Source: Octopus vulgaris (lineage: Eukaryota). Taken from it: 64,000 nucleotides of DNA. A program made the translations under genes and the position numbers. Location: positions 62,372,001 to 62,436,000 of the forward strand of contig OX597832.1 of NCBI GenBank assembly GCA_951406725.2, read 5' to 3'. A model generated the notes under the pieces. It worked only from the letters and a program-made list of their open reading frames with translations, did not search any database and had not been told where the DNA came from. Shown one piece after another: positions 42,490 through 55,802 of this stretch. Position 1 is the stretch's first letter. The number at the start of each line of letters is the position of its first letter.

Positions 42490-42700
42490 TCTTTCTTTGT
42501 GCTTTTCCCCCCTCCATCGCCGCTGGATAACTGGTGTTGGTTTGTTTACGTCTCCGTTACCTAGCAGTTCGGCAAACGGGACGGATATTATAAAAACTAG
42601 GCTCAAATGAGTGATTTCTTCGACTAAAACCCCTGAAGGAGGTACCCAACATGGCCGCAGTCAAATGACTGAAACATTTAAAAGATAGAAGCTAAAAGAA
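42490..42700 (+). mobile_element. SINE family 2, 3' half
   Basis: CATGGCCGCAGTCAAATGACTGAAAC tail. Confidence 0.75.
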
Positions 42701-42720
42701 TAGACATAATAGTATGTATG

Positions 42721-42754
<34 letters not shown>

Positions 42755-43660
42755 TGTATGTATGTATGCATGTGTGCTTGTATATGTGAGTGTGCGAGTA
42801 GGTGTATGTGCATATGTGTGTTTGTGCTAGTGTCTATTTTTCTGTAAGCGTATGGTAATATACAATGATAGGCTCTCAGCAGCATAACATGATTTTTGTT
42901 GTCAAAGCGTCCTTGCCACATCGCGAAGTGTGACGGAAATTTGACCTAATTAAAACCTGTCATATTCTTCAACGCTGTAGAATTCATACAGTCCGTCATT
43001 ACTGGATATTACATTAGGAACGAATCAAATTTCATATAATGGGAAATTATGTGGCAACCCAATCCGTGTAACCACGTTTAATAGCAAATAGCAAGAGATT
43101 GAAGACAAAACTTCTTTTCTCTAAATTAAATTTCATATCGTAAAAGTGAGAATTTTAATTTTATATTTTAGCAATGAGGTTCTTAATTTTGATTTTAATT
43201 CCAATGTGAAAGAAAATGCTAATTTTAGAAAAAAAAATGAATGACAAAATCAATTAAAATATACATGCGCAAACGCATAGAATTTGTAATAGGTCGTAAT
43301 AATTTAAATGAAGCCTGAAATGTTTTCCAAGACATATTTCTTTACGAATAATTTGAAGAATTTCCATTCTGTTCTTGAATTCATTTCAAATAGATTCCTC
43401 TTAAAGAATCTGAGAGACAAAAAAAAAAAAACAGGAACAGTTTTAAGTTAGGAAACGCGTATGTGCACTGGATTGAAATCGATTTCTTTGTTCTTCTTAC
43501 TCGACTTCTATTTCCTATGAAAAATGATATGGTTTCTTTGTTGTTGTTTGTTTGGTTGGTTTTGCATTAAAGGCAGGCTGTGGACTCTATTCCTGGTGGA
43601 AACATCTCTCGTTATCTTATGCTTCAAAAGTATAGGTAATCACACATGCGTACATAATTG

Positions 43661-43756
<96 letters not shown>

Positions 43757-43783
43757 TATATACATATATATATACATAAACAG

Positions 43784-43827
<44 letters not shown>

Positions 43828-44462
43828 TGGGAGATTCTTACGGTAGTAGAAAAGGAATTTTTAACTCCTATTCGGTATGTGGTGAAGCAATTAGCTGACC
43901 CCTAATTATAATTATGTTTATAATTATAGAATATTTGTATAATTTTACTTAAAAAGGTTATTTTAACGTACCGATCTACTTCGTAAAATTATTAATTAAT
44001 TAATTTTCCCCTTTTATTATTAATATTGAAATTATAATTTACTCCCTAATCGAAAACTGCAGTTTCTGCGGGATTGCTCGTAACATACACGTGGGTGCAA
44101 AGGATAAATATGTATTCACGTTCAGCTGTGTAAATTTTGGAAGTGTTGGTTCTATAACTGTTGCGCGATGACGCTCGATCGTGTACATATTTAACCCCAG
44201 CACTTTCAAATTTATATTTGAAACGCTGATGATGAGAAATAAGTAAGTAAATATACTTTAATCTTGAAACGCGTATGTAGCTTATAGGAGTCGTGTGGAT
44301 TCATTATTTTTTGCTTTTTGCCTACGTAAAAAAGTGTATTACGGTATGGGAGATTCTTACGGTAGTAGAAAGGGAATTTTTAACTCCTATTTCTCAATTC
44401 GGTATGTGGTGAAGCAATTAGCTGACCTCTAATTATAATTATGTTTATAATTATAGAATATT

Positions 44463-44465
<3 letters not shown>
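43828..44465 (+). mobile_element. HHR-bearing tandem repeat, 1.2 units of about 519 bp (retrozyme/PLE-like)
   Basis: TGGGAGATTCTTACGGTAGTAGAAA...CGGTATGTGGTGAAGCAATTAGCTGACC...ATATTTGT at 43828-43938 and 44347-44465, with an HHR between them. Confidence 0.8.
44223..44278 (+). ncRNA. Type I hammerhead ribozyme motif
   Basis: acg-CTGATGA-t-gaga(...)tctt-GAAA-cgcg-TA-tgt. Confidence 0.6.
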
Positions 44466-44510
<45 letters not shown>

Positions 44511-45324
44511 CGAGGGGGAGTCAAAAGTTATACGCACTCTGGTTTTTCCAATGTATTCACACAAAAGCAGGGTATAAACAAGTACGTCATTTTTCTGTAT
44601 AGTCTTCTTCCTTTTCGATGTCCATAAGGGCCATAAAGTCCATAAGCTTGCATATTCCCTCCAAGAAGAAGGTTTTTGGGTGGCTGTGTAACCATTTATT
44701 TATCGCTTCCTTTACATCTTCATCCGTAGGAAATCGACGACCTTGTAAATCATCATTGAGTGGTCCAAAGATATGATAGTCGGAAAGGGCAATATCTGGG
44801 ATGTAGGCAGGGTATTCTAGCACCTCAAAACACAATAGATTAACGGTTTCAACGGTCTGGGTGGCCGTGTGTGGACGTGCGTTTTCATACAACGACAAAA
44901 ACTTTCTTTGACAATTGGCTTCGGCGTTTGATGTGAATTGCTGGCAAAGCACCATATCTTACACTCCTTTTCCAGGTCGTCTCCCAGTATAAGCCCTTTT
45001 GAGCCCCAAAAGTGGGTTAACATCACCTTTCCTGTGTTGAATTTCTTCGTCGTTGGCGATCCAGGATCTTTCCATTCCATACTCTGTCTTTTGGATTTTG
45101 TCTTATAATGATTGATCCACGTTTTATCTCCTGTGACTATTTTGTTCAAACATTTCTCGTCCTCATTACTGTAGCGATCGAGAAAACGTTGGGAGATCTC
45201 AAGAGGTTTGCGTTTATGCTTTGCAGTACGTTTTCTTGGCACCCGTCTGGCACAGTCTTTATGGAAGTCGAGCTCATCCTGGATGATTTGACAGGTAGAA
45301 CATGATAATTTTTGACTCCTCCTC

Positions 45325-45325
<1 letters not shown>
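44511..45325 (-). mobile_element. Internally deleted mariner
   Basis: TIRs TA-CGAGGGGGAGTCAAAAGTTAT / ATAATTTTTGACTCCTCCTCG-TA. Peptides IVTGDKTWINHY, ENARPH and YPAYIPDIALSDY. Confidence 0.9.
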
Positions 45326-45367
<42 letters not shown>

Positions 45368-45409
45368 CATACATGCATACATACATACATACATACATAC
45401 ATACATACA

Positions 45410-45445
<36 letters not shown>

Positions 45446-46339
45446 TATATATATTATATATATGTACACAAATGTATGTATGCATACATACGTACTTATA
45501 TACATGCACACATACATACATACAAGAATACAGAATTATGAACATCATATATGCGCTGGTGGATGTATTTATCTGTGGATGTATATATGAAATAAAAGAG
45601 TGTTTTCATCGCGAAATATTTCAAATGAATTCCGTTAAAACGCCAGGCATCACGCCATGCAGTATTCAGTGACATGACTCAGTGTTCAAATCACGGGACC
45701 ACTTCAATGACCTTACATCGTTCGTCAATCAAGGGACCCCTTCAAGGGCCTTACATGATGATTACTTTAAGCAACCGTCCCATATTTGTCCTTTTATCTT
45801 GTGTCTATGTTTATTTCAATTGCTTTTGATCTTGCTTTTGTTTTTACTGTTGTACTTTTTTCACTGATACTGTTGCGGTTATTATTGTTGGCGGCTTCGT
45901 TTGTTATAAAGACACTTTGATAAACGTACGCTTGAAAGAACTGGTTCCTTACCACGTTTGTGTCATAAAGATTACCATTTATGGAAAGAATTATTAACCA
46001 TTGGAACGTTTCATTATCTATATTCGTTTCTTTGGAATGGCAGAAAATAAGATTTGTTTTTCGTCGTCATTTATATTGAAGCGCTAAATACGAAGAGCCA
46101 AAACACAACAGTGAAAGTCAGGAAGCTTGGTAGTAACGCAGGCCAATACCAATTCTTCAGTTTTTCAGCAGAATAGGAGCAGTTTCTGACCATTTAATGT
46201 GTTCAAAATGTCCTTATCATCATGTGGTGGCTGTATGGGCATATAAAGGCAGATGCTCCATCCTCTGGGAAAATGTAAAAAAAAAAGCGTATTCTCTCCA
46301 CCCAAAAAGATCTTTTAATTTAGGGGCCTAGAAGAAGAT

Positions 46340-46391
46340 TGTGATGATGATGACGATAATGATGATGATGATGATGACGACGACGACGACA

Positions 46392-46423
<32 letters not shown>

Positions 46424-46675
46424 AAATGAGGATAATGATAATGATGATGATGGTGATGATGATAACGACGGTGACGATGAGTATGATGATAATGATGATG
46501 ATAAAGATGATGATGATGATAATGATAATGTTGATGATAATGAAGACGACGACGGTGATGATGATGATAATGATGATGACGACGTCGGTGATGATAATGA
46601 TGAACATGATGACGTCGGTGATGGTGATAATGATGATGATCTTGATCATGATCATGATCATGGTGGTGATTATGA
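46340..46675. repeat. (GAT/GAC)n degenerate microsatellite
   Basis: Directly visible. Confidence 0.95.
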
Positions 46676-47196
46676 AAGTATGAACCAAACGACCACAGTG
46701 GTGCCAGTAACAACAAACCAATATGATGTCTCAAAAAGCTTACTTTGTATCACCCACAGTCCCCCCCCCCCAGGGCCACCTTTCTCTTTCAACTCTTTGG
46801 GATCGATAAAATAAAGTACCAATGAAGATCTGGGGTGGATGTAATCGACTTGCGCTTGTTCGTTCAAACTTGCTGGCTTAGAACACCGCAAGAAACCAGC
46901 GTCTAGTCCGGAGCGAATGTTCCGATCTCGTTTATTTATACACGAAGGAAACGTGATCTAATACGAAGATCTTGTAGGATTCCTCGAACATTTCGTAACA
47001 GAGAACTGTGAAGAAGTACACATGCTATACATGTGCCATCCCAAGTTTTCCTGCCCCAGAATGGTAAATAGAAGCGAGTTATCATCAATCACATTTGCCT
47101 CACCACGATCGTAACAACTACCCAAACACCAGGAGTGTCACCTAGAAAAACAACAACAACTAATGTAAGCAGCAGAAGCGATCTCAAAGAACTCAC

Positions 47197-47220
47197 GGTG
47201 GCTCCACCGCCAACAAGAAC
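47197..47220 (-). other. Candidate 24-nt microexon
   Basis: Minus strand tttgccctgctgtgatctcacAG|GTTCTTGTTGGCGGTGGAGCCACC|GTGAGT. Frame-preserving, with no stop in any frame. Confidence 0.3.
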
Positions 47221-47265
47221 CTGTGAGATCACAGCAGGGCAAATTATTTGCAAGTGCACCCCTCA

Positions 47266-47301
<36 letters not shown>

Positions 47302-48502
47302 GCACACATATTCTCGAAAACCATAAATATAGAAACGTCAAGGAAGATAAAATGGTGTCCGACAGGCTAAAATTGGAAGGTATGTTAAGAAGGACGATAG
47401 GACAAACAAGCGATGCCAGCGGCTTTATCGCCCAAACCCCAAATGTTCGAAAAACTCAAGCCAAACAAGACTGACACAAAATTATAAAAATTATAACGAA
47501 ATATTTCCGCCGCCCAACAAACCATCTGCCACAACAACAGCAACAACAACAACAACAACAACAACATCGACGACAACAACAACAACAGCGACAACTACAG
47601 GAACAACGACAATGGCGATCACCACTACACTCACAGCATCAGAATAAGAAGCGAAAGCAGGCAAAACAAGACATAAAACAACAACACTAATTACCAAATC
47701 AACAACAAAATGAGAGCAAGTGCCACACGAAGAACAGAAGCAACAACAACAATAACAACAACAACAACAATTATAGATGAAATTACTATAACGACAGTGT
47801 ACGTTCGAAATATGTAAAATTATATAAATATAATACATATTGCTTTACTATAAATTTTGTTTTATTACAGTATCTAAATGATAACAAAATATTTATTAGA
47901 GGAATGTCGGAAAATCTTTGAGGTGGCGACGGAATTATCACCATCAATCGGTACCATAATTATTTTTGCAGTGGATACTGAATGATGTACGATAAGGTTA
48001 CATAATAGACGCCATTCTTTAGAAATGCCTAACAGTGGCTTCTTTGTTTTCGTACAAAACAATGCTGTAATTCTTGGAGTATTCAAATAGCGTATATTGT
48101 CCAATATTGCTATAGAGAATGTGCATACATTGAGCTACATACAAAGATGCACACGTGTATGTATGTATCTCTCTGTCTATATATGTGGGTGGTTTTGTGT
48201 GTCGGTGTATAAATATGCAAATATATCATATAAATATAGATATGTATATTAAACACACACACATATATATCTATATAAGCATGCACTTGCAATATCTACA
48301 AAGATATATATACATACAGAGTGTGTGCGTGTATGTGTGCGTGCTTGAGCGTTTGTTTGAGTTTCAGTATACGGGTATGTATATATGTGTGTGTGTGTAT
48401 AAATATATATATACATATATATATATGTATATATATATGTGTATATATATATATACATTTTATAGAAATAAATATAAGGTTATAAATATAAAAACATATA
48501 AT

Positions 48503-48534
<32 letters not shown>

Positions 48535-48569
48535 TATTAATTATATATACGTATATATATATATATATG

Positions 48570-48603
<34 letters not shown>

Positions 48604-50171
48604 GCACACATACACACGAATTGATACATCATATATATACATGTACGCATACACACGAATTGATACATCATATTCATGCATTTACATACATACACACATA
48701 CGTACTTACATGCATTAAATATATGTTGTTTTATATTTTTTTAAATATTCACTTTAATCGTTGAATTTCGTTTGGTTCAGGTATTGGAATATTGCTTTTA
48801 ATGGCGCCGATGTCAATAAATGGCAAGCGACAGCAAGCGAAAATTATATCTTGTGATGTAATCTCGATTTTCTAGTCGAAGTTGTTTCATTACAGTTCCA
48901 ACGATAATTTTCTTCGGGTAAAATAATTCCTAGACCTTCCTATTGTTACTTTTCTGAAGAATTATAATAACATCTTTATATTTAGAAAATGAACAATGGC
49001 CAACATACTTCCTCAATGTAATCGATAGATTTTTTTCTTTTACTTTTTGCATATGTTTATTATTATAGGATTAACAATTAATATAAATCTTCAATCGTAT
49101 TGCAGAAACTAGGTCAACTTGAATATTGGAAGAAAAAATTTACTAGCATGGATGAATGATTCACATATTCAGTGCAATTGCACACGGTTTCTACACCGAC
49201 AGCACTAGGCGTGGAATTGGTTGGTCGTATGAAGCAACGCAGAAATACATAGAGTGTACTTAATGTTGAAATTGAAAATTATTTTCCCATCCACAATAAA
49301 AGCACCGATTTACCCTTCAGGCCCTCTAGAACAAGCGACTCCTTTGCATTTATTCTAACTCGGCATTGTTCATCGTTCGAAATACATCTAGTACTTACGC
49401 TAGCCACGGACAAACTTCCGTCTCCCACAAATATTCATTGAGTTTTTAACGCCACACTTCCACAAGACACATACCGCAAAAAACAGCTCATCAGTCGATT
49501 TTAATGATTAATTTAGTGCAGTACCAAAATCCTGACTCTTTTTCCCACACTATCTATTTGTTTTCCTTTAAGAAAACCGTCACAGGCCGTATAATAGGGT
49601 TCGGGCTTACAGGCGCCTTTTCTCGGACGTAATTATTCAATAAATGTTAGGATACCTTTACAAATTTTATCTTTTACGTAGTTTGTTAGATAAAGGATGT
49701 AAACAAAATAACACTCATTATCAAATGGTGGAACAAACAAACACAAAGCAGCAAACACGCGCAAACATACGCACATACACACACATACACATATATATAG
49801 ACAATGCGAGCGAGTTATATCCTCATTAGGGATTATGTAATACGAGAAATTCCACGGGCTAATCTCTATCATATAATGCAAAGTTACTTCTATCAGAAAT
49901 GATAACCTAAGCCTTACAAGCTCATACAAACTCTGAAGAAGTCCAACCCCATATAGTTAGAATTTAAAATTTAACCAAATAATTAGAATTTATAACTAAC
50001 TAGGAAATAGCACAGAAACATATGTAGGTTTTTTTCTTAATTCTTTTTGAGCTTCACAACTTATAATCAATTTATTTGTGCTGTAATGTTTTTAAGAGAA
50101 ATTTTTCAACATATTTTAACATACAAATAAATTTTTCATACATCGAATTCTCGTCATTTTCTTTCATTCAA

Positions 50172-50264
<93 letters not shown>

Positions 50265-50267
<3 letters not shown>

Positions 50268-50567
50268 GGCGCATGGCTCAGAGGTTAGAGCGTCGAGCTT
50301 ACGATCGTGAGGTTGTGAGCTCGAATCCCGGACCGGGCTGCGTGTTGTGTTCTTGAGCAAGAAACTTTATTTCACGTTGCTCCAGTTCACTCAGCTGTAG
50401 AAATGAGTTGCAACGTCACTGGTGCCAAGTTCTATCGACCTTTGTCTTTCCCTTGGATAACACTGGTGGCGTGGTGAGGGAAGGCTGGTATGCATGGGCG
50501 ACTGCTGGTCTTCCATAAACAACCTCGCCCGGACTTGTGTCTAGGAGGGTAACTTTCTAGTGCAATC
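50265..50567 (+). mobile_element. tRNA-derived SINE, family 3 head/core with a different tail
   Basis: Matches 9704-10031 up to ...CACTCAGCTG..AAATGAGTTG, then diverges. Confidence 0.85.
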
Positions 50568-51079
50568 GTACATTATATATATAATGTACGATAGAGTTCA
50601 ACGCAATTTCTGGTTACCAAATATCACATAGTTGGTGTTGGTCGACCTGGGAGCAATGGTGGCAGATATATACCTAAGTTGTCATAAGGCAGGATTGAAC
50701 CGGGAACTAAGTTGTTGCAGAGCAAGGTTGTTAACCACACAGCAATACCTGGGCCTATGCTATGCAATTCTAATGTCTAAAAATCTTGTTTTCTGCATAA
50801 AACAACTGTTAGCTTGCATCACCAGTCACAACGTTATACTTGATGTGGTTTTCGGTCCATTTAATTCTATGCTTTCATTCACAATGCTTGTATTTACATT
50901 TTTCTAGATGTAAAGTTGCTGTTTGTTATTTCTTATTAAAAATCACACATCACAGCCATCGCTGTCTTTATTTCTCTCTTTGTGTAAAAAGAATACCACA
51001 GAGCGATAACATATACACATATACACAGGCATACACGCACGCATATATATATAGATATATACATAGACATAAATTTAAG

Positions 51080-51169
<90 letters not shown>

Positions 51170-51450
51170 AGAGAGATGTATGTATGGACGAATCTATATA
51201 TCGTTGCTATTATGCAAAAGCGTCGTAATTCGAAAACGTTGCTTTTTCAGAAAACGCAAAAATAGTTTAACCATTCCATAGCCAAACCGTTGTATTACAC
51301 TTTGAGAATTTTTGATATCTTAGCATCTGAATCAGATGGAGATACTATAGTTTAACCAAAACGAACCAGCTATTTCAAGCAAAAATAAATATTTCAAAAG
51401 ACGCGTTTGGCCAAATTTGGACATACAATAGCTTCACATTATAGCAACGA

Positions 51451-51544
<94 letters not shown>

Positions 51545-52169
51545 TAGATATATTATGCATATATGTACGTATGTATTTATAGATAGATAGACAGACGATC
51601 AGACGCACACACACATATGCATGCATACATACATACATACATACATAGGTACATGCATGCATACATATATACATACTTACATATATACATAAGCCTATTA
51701 TCTTTTATAATGTTTCATTCATTAGACTGCAATCAAATGGAGCACCGCCTTCAAGATTCTTTTTGTGGAATGAATCGAGCCCAGTACTTAGCGTTTTAAG
51801 CCTGGTACCTGTCTATCCCTCACTTTTGCCATGCTACTACGTTACGGGAACGTAAACACTACAACATGGGTTGTCAGGCCGATGTGAGACACAAACGTTG
51901 TGTCGCCATATTTCCAAAATTGTCGTGGCTCTGGCAAGACAAGAAATATTTTGAGAGACTCTCATGCTCTCATATATATGTGTACGTATGTATGTATGCA
52001 TACATATATAAATATATATGCGTGTGTGTTGGTCTGTCTGTGTGGTGTGTATGTAATATCTATATCTATATAGACACACTGACACACATATATATATACA
52101 CACATTATGAAGGTATATATTTATATATATTTTTATGTATGTATACTTGTATGTTTTTGTGTTTATATA

Positions 52170-52202
<33 letters not shown>

Positions 52203-52221
52203 ATATATATTTGTATGTTTT

Positions 52222-52267
<46 letters not shown>

Positions 52268-52488
52268 TACATATGTACATATATGTGTATGTACACATAA
52301 TTACCTAGTTAAGAAACCAGATGGATATTTAGTTAGTTAGATAGATAGATAGATAGATAAAGAGCAAGAAATTTAGACAGAAAGACCGACCTAAAGAAGG
52401 AGGCACAGGCAGAGAAAGAAAAATAGAGATCAAATGGTAGAGAACGAGAGAGAGAGAGTGTGTGTGTGTTTGATGTGTGCGTGTGTGC

Positions 52489-52539
<51 letters not shown>

Positions 52540-52673
52540 CTGTGAGAGGGAAAGGGGTATCAAGAGAGAGAGAGAGGGAGATCCGGTTTATAATATCCAA
52601 GTCGCAGATTTTTAATATTAATTATTGTCTATTGTTCCACAGAAAGACAATATGGCTTATCACCCAGTCATGT

Positions 52674-52729
<56 letters not shown>

Positions 52730-52941
52730 GTTAATACTACTACTACCTCCATTACTACAACCACTATTGCTGCTGCTGCTGATGTTATTGCTAGCTAAAG
52801 CAATTTATTATATTCACAATCATATCATGTACATTTCCATGGCAATTTGGCATCTTGACACTGTATAGGAACTTTATATGCATTTATTAAAGTGCATCAC
52901 AGCTATACTGTTAAATATTGATATTCTGTAGAGTATGTTCC

Positions 52942-53040
52942 GTTGCATATCTGCATATCTTTCGCTGCATATCTGCATATCTTTCGCTTCATATTTACAT
53001 ATATTTTGTTGCATATCTGCATATATTTTGCTGCGTATAT
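52942..53040. repeat. 22-bp minisatellite (GCTGCATATCTGCATATCTTTC-like), about 4.5 units
   Basis: Directly visible. Confidence 0.8.
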
Positions 53041-53271
53041 ATTCAGCTGACTCAAATGTGTAGACAACATTTAAACCTGAGTCTGAACTGTATTTCGTAA
53101 AAAGAAATTAATAGCAGGTATATTATGGGGTCCGATGAATTAAAGTAAATATATTTAAATAGTTTATACATAAGTATATACATCTACATACATTATATGG
53201 CTTCGATGTTAAAGGAAAACTAATATACATACATATGTATGTATGCATGTATGTATGTTTATATATATATA

Positions 53272-53560
53272 TCACTGTGACCAACCAAGCTATCAGATGT
53301 TGCTACACATCGCTGGTCACAATGCACTTCGCATTGTTTTAGCCATCAAATGACGCCACCCCGTTCTGCCTGTCCATGTGTGTAAAATATAATGGCCGTA
53401 TTTTTCAACTGATCTTCTCCAACCTGGGAACATACATTACTTATGCTCCAGCGATGGTTGTAGACTCTTAAAATTCTTCACATAAGTAAAGGGCCCCCTG
53501 GGGGCAGAAAACATTTGTGCCTGGATTACGTAAAGAAGGGTGGTAACTCTTTGTGAAGTA
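53272..53560 (-). mobile_element. Degenerate RTE-like LINE 3' fragment
   Basis: Minus VPRLEKIS*KIRPLYFTHMDR resembles the RTE RL.W.GH..R segment. The tail abuts (TA)n. Confidence 0.4.
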
Positions 53561-53600
53561 ACTTTCAGAAATTAATTGTCTCTCTTACTTCCATTGCGGT

Positions 53601-53841
53601 TTTACTCTTTTTTTTACTCTTTTATTTGTCTCAGTCATTTTGACTGCGGCCATGCTTGAGCACTGCCTTTAGTCAACCAAATTCACCCCAGGACGTATAC
53701 TTTGTAAGCCTAGTACTTATTTTATCGGTTCGCTTTGCCGAACCGCTAAGTTTCGGGGACATAAACACACCAGCATCGGATGTCAAATGATGTTGGGGAC
53801 GCAGATGCATATAAACATACACACACACACACACACATACA

Positions 53842-53919
<78 letters not shown>

Positions 53920-54069
53920 TGTATATACGACAGGCTTCTTTCAGTTTCCGTCTACCAAATCCACTCACAAGGCTTTGGTCGGTCCCTAGACTATAGTAGA
54001 AGACACTTGCCCAAGGTGACACGCAGTGGCACTGAACCCGAAATCATGTGGTTGGTAAGCAAGCTACTT
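53601..54069 (-). mobile_element. SINE family 2, near full-length
   Basis: Reverse complement of 33827-34243 with an expanded internal microsatellite. Confidence 0.9.
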
Positions 54070-54309
54070 TATTTCAAAATTTTGCCATAAAGGCATGATA
54101 AAGTGTAGTTTGCGGGCTGGACAAAGACATTGATGATTTGAATGATAAAAAAGATGATATTAATGGAAGAAGACAAAAAACGCCCGCCGATAGTTTGCTT
54201 CGCTAAAACATTATTCTCTTCTTTTTTTTTTTCACAGAAAAAGACAAACCTCTTCAGTTTTACAATCTTTGGACTAATAGTCCATATAAGAATTGGGGCG
54301 TTAAGCCTC

Positions 54310-54793
54310 TTAAACACAATAACATGCAATAAATATTAAACATACAATAAACATTATAACAGTGAGGCTTTTCAACATCTTGTTACTATTCCTATCAACA
54401 TCGCTTGTGCCCGTATATTCCATCATTCCCCACGCCTCATTCAAGACTAAGGCAGGATCCAAGCCAGCGTCGCCCGGCCACAACCGGTATTTGTCATTGA
54501 GTCCCTGCAGTCTATACCTCACATACAACGTTATGACCTCCACAGCTTTATGCGGAGGCCATTCAGGATCCTGTGTGAAGGTTAAAGGTACTCCCTTATG
54601 GTACTTTTCCACCACCTCTTCTACCTCTCCGCTTCTGTAGAAGACCAATAGTTCCTCTACCTCCGGGTTCGAAGTAGTCAATTCTACCGTTGGCGGCACA
54701 ATTCCTCCAACAGCGTCTCTTCCCCAGCCGGTGGCACAACTCCTACCGGCTAGGTTCCGGGACATTCCGGTGCTATGTCACCGACTGCCGGCA
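54310..54793 (-). other. GC-richer open frame of unknown identity, probably a retroelement ORF1 fragment
   Basis: 151-aa non-repetitive ORF with a sharp compositional boundary, abutting a (TAG/TGG)n tract. Confidence 0.35.
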
Positions 54794-54794
54794 A

Positions 54795-54846
<52 letters not shown>

Positions 54847-54895
54847 GGTGGTGGTGGTGGTGGTGGTAGTAGTAGTAGTAGTAGTGGTGGTGGTG

Positions 54896-54963
<68 letters not shown>

Positions 54964-55018
54964 TGTGGTGGAGGTGGAGGTGGTAGTAGTAGTAGTAGTA
55001 GTAAGAAGAAGAAGAAAA
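54794..55018. repeat. (TAG)n/(TGG)n microsatellite
   Basis: Directly visible. Confidence 0.95.
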
Positions 55019-55611
55019 AGAATAAAATTTTTTATATTTAAAAGCAAAATGGTCGTTCCAAGATACAGCACAGGTCTATATAATATTTTTGATCGTGTAT
55101 TTAAAACTAAGGAAAAAGTATTTTTAGTCTAAACATGGAAATTTTCACTGTTGCTTTTAAAGAAAGCCTTTGTTATGAGACCATCAGGCCCTAACCTTTT
55201 CTTTACACCAAGGAACAGTATTTGACAAGATAAATTTTCAGCAGACCAATTAGGTACATAATAAAACACAAAAGCGTGTATTGCATATAATGGCACAAAC
55301 CAGTCAATGTTGTTGACTGTGCTTTAGTCAAAAGTCTGTCCAGAGGTAACTCTCCTTGGTATATTTCCCATTGATAACGACTAAAGAGCCAGAAACACGT
55401 ATGGGAATCCGACGGGGGGCAGCACTAGACAGATGTGGTATCTTTATACCTTTATGCCAATAAAGAGTATTCTTTTCACCGTGGAAATTGCAGTGTATTT
55501 GCCTTTAAAAGCAGAAACATATAACAAACTTATTTTAGCTAACCTAAATTTCGCTCATGCCTTAACACTGCTTGGCGCTGATACCGACGAATATATACGA
55601 ACTTGTGTGTT

Positions 55612-55645
<34 letters not shown>

Positions 55646-55802
55646 AAGACTGGGACAGTCAATATCATAGATATAGAATTTTAAGATTCATTATTACTCT
55701 GCGTCCTTGTACAAAACAATAAACGGCGCATTACTGTTATGTATCCCGGTGTTTGGAGACTTCTTGTTTAAGCGACAAAATCAAAATTCCTAAGATAATA
55801 TA

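Noticed and set aside
52942-53040. CRISPR-like array
   Set aside because: Contiguous tandem units without unique spacers, in a eukaryotic context with no cas genes.
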